NCBI GenBank assembly: GCA_965221165.1
Contig: CBDCRP010000003.1
Coordinates: 896,001 to 960,000, forward strand
Direction of reading: 5' to 3'
Source: a bacterium
GTDB lineage: Bacteria > UBA8248
Length of the DNA: 64,000 bases
A model generated the notes under the pieces. The model had not been told where the DNA came from and did no database searches. It was given only the letters and a program-made list of their open reading frames with translations. The stretch's first letter is position 1; every line of letters begins with the position of its first letter. Positions 58,618 through 64,000 of this stretch are shown here, piece by piece. The translations under genes and the position numbers were made by a program.

Positions 58618-59415
58618 TCACGGTCTGATGTCGGATTCAATCTGCATTCCCGTCGCCAGAGAGTTAAAGCTGTTGTAGTGGTCCACCACCCCAAAAATCT
58701 CCAGGATTCGCCCCGGGTCCCAACCCATTTTTACCAAATTGGCATGAAAATACCGTATAAAATATTTAGATCCGTTCGTGGCGCTCACCCCCAAACCTAC
58801 CGCCGCCTTGGCCTGTTTTTCGAGAACGCCTCCATCGAGCAAGAGTTTGTGTTTGTTCCACGTCGATTCGAAATAATGGCGGTTTCGGGCCAAGCAGCGC
58901 CAATAGCGCGGGACTCCATCTTCGCCCAGGCGCGCCGATTCCATCTTCTCCACTTCGCCCATCAGATCCCGAACCGCCGGCTCGACCTCCGAGTCTTCCG
59001 GATAAGGCAGAAGGGGCGAAGCGTCCTCATCTTCCAATAGAAGACCGAAAGCGACCTTGTTCATCCCCGAGACATGATCCGTCAAGCCAACCAATTCCGT
59101 GATCCCCACCTCATCGACTCCCATCCGCATGACCGCGGCGATGTGGGAGTCGATTCAGTATTCACACGCATTGACGATGGAGACCGCCGAGGCGACCATC
59201 TCCTTCACCAAAGGAGGCACATCTCCGCGCTGCATCGTGGCCCGCGAGCGTTCCCAACTCGCTTTCATGTAATCGGGGTGATGGGTCATGGAGCGCCAGA
59301 CGTTCGAGAGCGTATCGATACCGAAAACGCGTTTTTCACGCGTCTTGATGCGCTCGACGAGATCGCGCGCTGCCTCAGGCACCTCATCATCGGCCAACTG
59401 GCGAATCGTCGGCAT
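58618..59415 (-). CDS. Tandem AhpD/CMD-domain protein, predicted selenoprotein (CxxU), 265 aa
   Basis: ORFs 59155..59454 and 58618..59130 are in one frame: ...AVSIVNAC-E-Y-TGA-IDSHIAAV-M...; TGA sits at the second Cys of the AhpD CxxC..SH motif and is followed directly by a SECIS-like hairpin. Confidence 0.85.
59113..59154 (-). promoter_or_regulatory. Bacterial SECIS element
   Basis: mRNA UGA-AUCGACUCCCA-CAUCG-CCGC-[GGUCAU]-GCGG-A-UGGGAGUCGAU: 11-bp lower stem, apical loop starting with G 20 nt after the UGA. Confidence 0.8.
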
Positions 59416-59486
59416 AAACTCCTCAACTCCCCAGGCCCAAGAACGCCGCCTCAACCCAGGCGGCGCTCCCGAACCCGGCTAAGAAA

Positions 59487-60695
59487 CTATCTTGGATACC
59501 TGAACTTCGCGTTCGCCACGCTCTTTGGTCCCACCGTCCGGCGCTTTCCGTCCTGCACCTGGAACAAAACGATGGCGCTCGCCGCGTTCATGTTGCGCTT
59601 GTCGAACTTCACGGGGCCGAAGAAAGTCTGCAAGTCGATGTTCGCAATCGCGTCGCGAACCTTCTTCTTATCCAGCGTTCCCGCCGTCTCGATGGCCTTC
59701 TGGGCGACGATGCCCGCAGCCGTCGATGCCGCGGCGACGTAGTCCGGCTCCTGCTTGAACTTGCCGCGCCAGATTTTCCCAAAGTCCCGCGCCGTGCCGA
59801 TGAAGCCGCCCTTGTAATCGAGCGCCTCGCCCCACCAGGCGGCGGTCAGGATGTTGTTGGCCGTGCCTCCGAGAGATTCCGTGAACTGGGCGTAGACCGG
59901 ACCCACCATGGTGAACAGGATTTTGGGCTTCACTCCCAACTCGTTCGCCTGCTTGGTGGCGAGGAGGGTGTCGGGAAGATAGCCGGCCACCATGAGCACG
60001 TCGGGATTCTTGCCCTTCACGATCGTGAGCCAGGTGGACATGTCCTTGGAATCTTTCGGGAATTCGGCGTAGTAAACGTCCGTGAAACCTTGCTTTTTCG
60101 CCGCTTTTCTGATCATCCTCGTGACGGCGCGCGGGAAGAAGTCGTTGCGCGTCACGAACGCTATGGTCTTCGGCATAGGCTTCTGCTCTTTCAGGAGCGT
60201 AAGGAAGTTGTTCGGCAAATACGCATTCGGCGCCAGGAGGCCGAAGAGGTATTTGTAGCCCTGGTCGAAAATCGGCTCGGAACTCGCCACAGGCGCGATG
60301 AGGGGAACCTGATAGCGCTCCGTAATCGCGGCGACGGATTTCGTCGCTCCGCTTCCGAACGGGCCCAGCAGGAGGTCCACCTTTTCCTTGGTGATGAGCC
60401 GCTCGGCGAGCTTGGTGGCAGTCGGCGTCTTGCTCTCATAATCGTAGTAGACGATTTTCACCTTCATCTTCTTGCCGCCTACGTTGATGCCGCCCGCCTT
60501 GTTCACGCGCTCGCGCCAGATTTCATAGCCCGCCTGCTGCTTTTTCCCCTCGGTTGCGAGCGGACCCGTGAGCGGCAAGGCCGCGCCGAACTTGACCTCC
60601 GCGGCCTCGGCTCCATCCAGACCCTGAAGTCCTGTTACGCCGAAAGCAAAAAACAAAACCACTGCGATGAAAAACAACAAATTCCGATTCTTCAT
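59487..60695 (-). CDS. Branched-chain amino acid (Liv-type) ABC transporter substrate-binding protein
   Basis: Signal peptide, FGAALPLTG, VNKAGGI, YYDYES, LLGPFGS; AGGAGG RBS before MKNRNLL. Confidence 0.9.
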   Translation of the reverse strand: MKNRNLLFFIAVVLFFAFGVTGLQGLDGAEAAEVKFGAALPLTGPLATEGKKQQAGYEIWRERVNKAGGINVGGKKMKVKIVYYDYESKTPTATKLAERLITKEKVDLLLGPFGSGATKSVAAITERYQVPLIAPVASSEPIFDQGYKYLFGLLAPNAYLPNNFLTLLKEQKPMPKTIAFVTRNDFFPRAVTRMIRKAAKKQGFTDVYYAEFPKDSKDMSTWLTIVKGKNPDVLMVAGYLPDTLLATKQANELGVKPKILFTMVGPVYAQFTESLGGTANNILTAAWWGEALDYKGGFIGTARDFGKIWRGKFKQEPDYVAAASTAAGIVAQKAIETAGTLDKKKVRDAIANIDLQTFFGPVKFDKRNMNAASAIVLFQVQDGKRRTVGPKSVANAKFRYPR

Positions 60696-60789
60696 GATCT
60701 GCCTCCTCATTAGGTGAGCGCTACCCTTTGGTTCTCGATTTTTCACGATTCTCGCACATCCTCATTCCAGAAACACATATAAAAACAGG

Positions 60790-61530
60790 CTACATGCCCA
60801 GGTACGCCTTTTTCACCTGCGGATTCGCCAACAGTTCATCCGACGTACCGGAAATCGTTACACGCCCCGTCTCAAAAACATAGGCCCTGCTCGCAAGTTC
60901 GAACGCGGTCAGCACGTCCTGTTCCACGAGAATGATGGCGACGCCCTCCTCGTTTATCTGCTGAACGAAACCGCACAATTCCTCCACAAGCCTGGGAGCA
61001 AGGCCCAAGGAAAGCTCGTCGATCAAGAGCAGCCTGGGACGCGCCATCAACCCCCGGGCAATCGCGCACATCTGCTGTTCTCCGCCGGACATGCTCCCCG
61101 CAAGCTGGGATTTTCGCTCCCCCAATCGCGGGAAAAACCCGTACACCCTCTCTAAATCCGCCGCCAATGCCTGATCTGTCATATTCCGGGCATAGGCGCC
61201 CATCAAAAGATTCTCCTCCACGCTCATCGCGGCGAAGAGCCTGCGGCCCTCGGGCACATGGGAAATCCCCTTGGCGACGATGCTCTCCGGCGACATTCCT
61301 CCAAGGGACTCGCCATCCAGCGCTACCGTGCCCGCCCGGTGGGGGAGCACGCCCGAGAGCATTCGCAAGAACGTGGATTTTCCGACGCCGTTGCTGCCGA
61401 CGATGGCGACAATCTCTCCTTCGCTCACGCTCAGGTCGACGCCCCACAGAACCTGCACATCGTCATAACCACCCGCCAGGCCGCGTACTTCCAGAAGGCT
61501 CGCCCCGCCGTGCGATTCATGCGTCACCAC
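60790..61530 (-). CDS. Liv-type ABC transporter ATP-binding protein (LivF-like)
   Basis: GSNGVGKST, HVPEGRRLF, MSGGEQQM, DELSLGLAP, AYLG. Confidence 0.93.
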   Translation of the reverse strand: MVTHESHGGASLLEVRGLAGGYDDVQVLWGVDLSVSEGEIVAIVGSNGVGKSTFLRMLSGVLPHRAGTVALDGESLGGMSPESIVAKGISHVPEGRRLFAAMSVEENLLMGAYARNMTDQALAADLERVYGFFPRLGERKSQLAGSMSGGEQQMCAIARGLMARPRLLLIDELSLGLAPRLVEELCGFVQQINEEGVAIILVEQDVLTAFELASRAYVFETGRVTISGTSDELLANPQVKKAYLGM

Positions 61531-61532
61531 GC

Positions 61533-62300
61533 CTAGGACTCCTCTTCCAGTTTTTTCATCATCGCCACATACTTCTCGCCCAGATACGCCTTGATGACCT
61601 GCTCATCACTCGTCACCTCGCCGGGCAAACCTTCCGCTATCTTCTCCCCATGGTGTAAAACGATGACGCGATCCGAGAGACCCGTAATCACCTTCATCAA
61701 ATGCTCGATCACCAGGATGGTCACGCCCTGCTCCCTCACCTTGTGGATGAGGGAAATGGCGTTCTCGATTTCCGTCGTGTTCAGGCCGGCATTCACCTCA
61801 TCGAGAAGAAGCACCTCCGGTTCGGTGGCGAGAGACTTGGCGAATTCGAGGCGCTTTCTCTCGGCGAGCGTGAGTTGGGAGGCGAGTTGCGCGGCTTTAT
61901 CACTCAGACCCACGAACGCCAGCATTTCATCCGCGAGGCCTTGGGCGCGCTTCACTTCTTTTCTCGACTTCTGGGAGCCGAACAGCGCGCCCATCACGAC
62001 GTTCTCGCGCACCGCGAGACCCGGAAAGGGCTGGACGATCTGAAACGTCCGCGCAATTCCCTTTCTCGTGATGGTATGGGGCTTGAAGGTTTCGATGCGT
62101 TCGCCGCGAAACAGAATCTCACCCTCATTCAACGGATCAAGACCCGTAATGCAGTTGAGGAGCGTCGTCTTCCCCGCACCGTTGGGACCGATGACGCCCA
62201 GGATCTCTCCTTTCCGCACGGTGAAATCCACCGCCGAGACGGCGGTGAGTCCGCCGAAACGCTTTGTGACGCCCCTGCCTTCTAACAGTGTTTCGCTCAC
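61533..62300 (-). CDS. Liv-type ABC transporter ATP-binding protein (LivG-like)
   Basis: KRFGGLTAV, GPNGAGKTT, IARTFQ, LLDEVNAGL, IEHLM, VIKAYLG. Confidence 0.93.
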   Translation of the reverse strand: MSETLLEGRGVTKRFGGLTAVSAVDFTVRKGEILGVIGPNGAGKTTLLNCITGLDPLNEGEILFRGERIETFKPHTITRKGIARTFQIVQPFPGLAVRENVVMGALFGSQKSRKEVKRAQGLADEMLAFVGLSDKAAQLASQLTLAERKRLEFAKSLATEPEVLLLDEVNAGLNTTEIENAISLIHKVREQGVTILVIEHLMKVITGLSDRVIVLHHGEKIAEGLPGEVTSDEQVIKAYLGEKYVAMMKKLEEES

Positions 62301-63289
62301 ACCTTGAACCTCTGTATGTTGCTCTTAAGGATAACCCCCAAAGACCCCCACCCGCGGCTTTTCACTTCCTGGGAGACGGCCATCAGGCCACGCGGGAGGA
62401 ACAAGACGACGAGTACGATGATGATTCCCAGAAACACGCTGTGAAATTCCGTGAACGCTCCCCACAGGTAATCCGCCAGGTATTCCATCATCAACGCGCC
62501 CACGATCGGACCCATCACCGTCCCCACCCCGCCGAGCATCGACATCACGATCGCCTTGATGGAGAACATGATGTCGAACACATCGATGGGTTCTAAAAAT
62601 GCGGCGCGGTAGGCATACACGCCGCCGCCCATCGCGGGGAAAATGGATGAAAGAACGAAGGCGATGATCTTGTATTTCGTCGTATCCACACCCGTCATGG
62701 AGGCCGCGTCCTCATTCTCCCGAATCGCGACGAGCCCGTAGCCCAGGCGGTGACGCGTAACGAAGTACTGCGTCAAGACCGCGAGCACGGCCACCCCGAG
62801 CATCGAGAAGTAGAAAAAGCGCGTGAAATAATCCGGCCCGCCCGTAATCTGGGGAAGATTGATCCCGTCCCCCCCGCCGGTGATGCGGAGATTATCCGCC
62901 AGTTCACGTAAAAATTCCGCCACTCCGAACGTGGCGATGGCGAAGTAGTGGCCCCTCAGCCTCAATATGGGAACGCCCAGGGCGAGCGCCACGAGAGCGC
63001 CGAAGCAGGCGCCAATTCCTAAGGTGATGAAAAAATTGAACCCCGCGTTCATCAGGATGGCCGTCGTGTAGGCACCCAGCCCGAAAAAGGCTGCCGGCGC
63101 GAAAGAAGGATAGCCCGTCAGGCCGCCGATGAAATTCCAGCTCGTCGCCAGTATGGCCACCATCAGGATGTCCATCCACTTGCGAATCTCGTCGTTTTCC
63201 ACGAAAGAGGGCAAGAGGATGAGGGCGAGCACGCCCGCTCCCATGCCGAGCCATTGAATGTGGGCCCAAGGCTTGAACATGTTAATCAA
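62297..63289 (-). CDS. Liv-type ABC transporter permease (LivM-like)
   Basis: SWNFIGGLTGYPSF, LRLRGHYFAIAT, AIRENEDAA, LGGVGT..GP. Confidence 0.92.
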   Translation of the reverse strand: MINMFKPWAHIQWLGMGAGVLALILLPSFVENDEIRKWMDILMVAILATSWNFIGGLTGYPSFAPAAFFGLGAYTTAILMNAGFNFFITLGIGACFGALVALALGVPILRLRGHYFAIATFGVAEFLRELADNLRITGGGDGINLPQITGGPDYFTRFFYFSMLGVAVLAVLTQYFVTRHRLGYGLVAIRENEDAASMTGVDTTKYKIIAFVLSSIFPAMGGGVYAYRAAFLEPIDVFDIMFSIKAIVMSMLGGVGTVMGPIVGALMMEYLADYLWGAFTEFHSVFLGIIIVLVVLFLPRGLMAVSQEVKSRGWGSLGVILKSNIQRFKV

Positions 63290-63998
63290 AACCCTTTCTG
63301 CCCAGCAGGCCCGATGGTTTGATGAAGAGCACCAGGATCAAGAGCACGTAGCCGATGGCGTTTTGTAGTCCGGGGCCGAAATACAGGGCCCCGAAATTCT
63401 CGGCGAGTCCCAGAATCAGCCCCCCGGCAAGCGCACCCGTGATATTCCCGAGACCTCCGATGGTGCAGATGATGAAGGATTTCGAGAGGAACTCCACGTC
63501 ACTCACCGGCGAGATGGCGAAACCCACGCTCACGAGAGAACCCGCCGTGGCGGCGACGGCCGCGCCGATTCCATACGTGATGGCGTAGATTCTGCCGATG
63601 TCGACGCCCATGAGCTGGGCGGAATCCAAATCCATCCTCGTCGCGCGTATAGCCCGACCCGTGCGCGTACGCCCCATGAACCAGAAGAGAATGCTCGTGA
63701 GAATGACGCCCAGCACGAATATGGAAATCCGGACGAATGGTATGGAAAGACTCATGACGGGAATGGAGAAACCAGCATAGGAGGGCTGAACCGACCTGTA
63801 ATCACCGGTGAAGAAATATATCGCCAGCCTCACGACGATCAATTGAAGACCGAAGGTGAGAATCAAGGACATGAACATGGGCGCGCGCACGATTTTGTTG
63901 ATCAATCCTCGCTGCACCACATAACCGGCGCAGAACATGACGACGGCGGAAACAGGAAGGGACAAAAACGGGTCCACGCCGTATAGCCTGAACATCCA
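63282..63998 (-). CDS. Liv-type ABC transporter permease (LivH-like), 5' truncated by window
   Basis: TRTGRAIRAT, AQLMGVD, IGGLGNI.GA, KPSGLLG; frame remains open to the window edge. Confidence 0.9.
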   Translation of the reverse strand, partial: WMFRLYGVDPFLSLPVSAVVMFCAGYVVQRGLINKIVRAPMFMSLILTFGLQLIVVRLAIYFFTGDYRSVQPSYAGFSIPVMSLSIPFVRISIFVLGVILTSILFWFMGRTRTGRAIRATRMDLDSAQLMGVDIGRIYAITYGIGAAVAATAGSLVSVGFAISPVSDVEFLSKSFIICTIGGLGNITGALAGGLILGLAENFGALYFGPGLQNAIGYVLLILVLFIKPSGLLGRKGFD

Positions 63999-64000
63999 GA

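Noticed and set aside
59155-59157. Nonsense mutation or sequencing error at the AhpD TGA
   Set aside because: The TGA falls exactly on the redox Cys column and is followed immediately by a SECIS-like hairpin; the other errors in this window are homopolymer indels, not substitutions

Overview
64 kb of a GC-rich, Gram-negative-type bacterial chromosome (Kdo/LPS genes, TonB system). Two single-base indels in homopolymers suggest long-read or MAG assembly noise; the taxon cannot be fixed from the sequence alone. Left part: thrC end, a transsulfuration enzyme, a bactofilin-TPR fusion, kdsA-pyrG-kdsB and a glycosyltransferase cluster. Middle part: a catabolic cluster (ICL-family lyase, ABM, LigI-like lactonase, three tandem beta-hydroxyacid dehydrogenases), moeB/Z, ino1, nth, and tRNA-Arg(CCG) followed by a ~1 kb integrase-less insert. 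Then a TatD-like gene, an uncharacterised protein, two CocE/NonD hydrolases, and a btuBFCD-tonB operon behind two tandem cobalamin riboswitches. Several intergenic regions are dense mosaics of REP/MITE-like repeats. Right part: a ~1.8 kb gap between convergent genes, then a minus-strand operon (Liv-type ABC transporter, AhpD-like gene, xanthine-dehydrogenase-family molybdoenzyme, divergent NadB/SdhA-like flavoprotein). Top leads: (1) the AhpD-like gene, split into two ORFs by the ORF track, reads as one selenoprotein (C-E-Y-UGA followed directly by a SECIS-like hairpin); (2) an unannotated, promoter-bearing, highly structured non-coding locus at ~51780-52625, built from two ~130 bp tandem units with compensatory base changes, a downstream anti-repeat and two long terminator-like hairpins.
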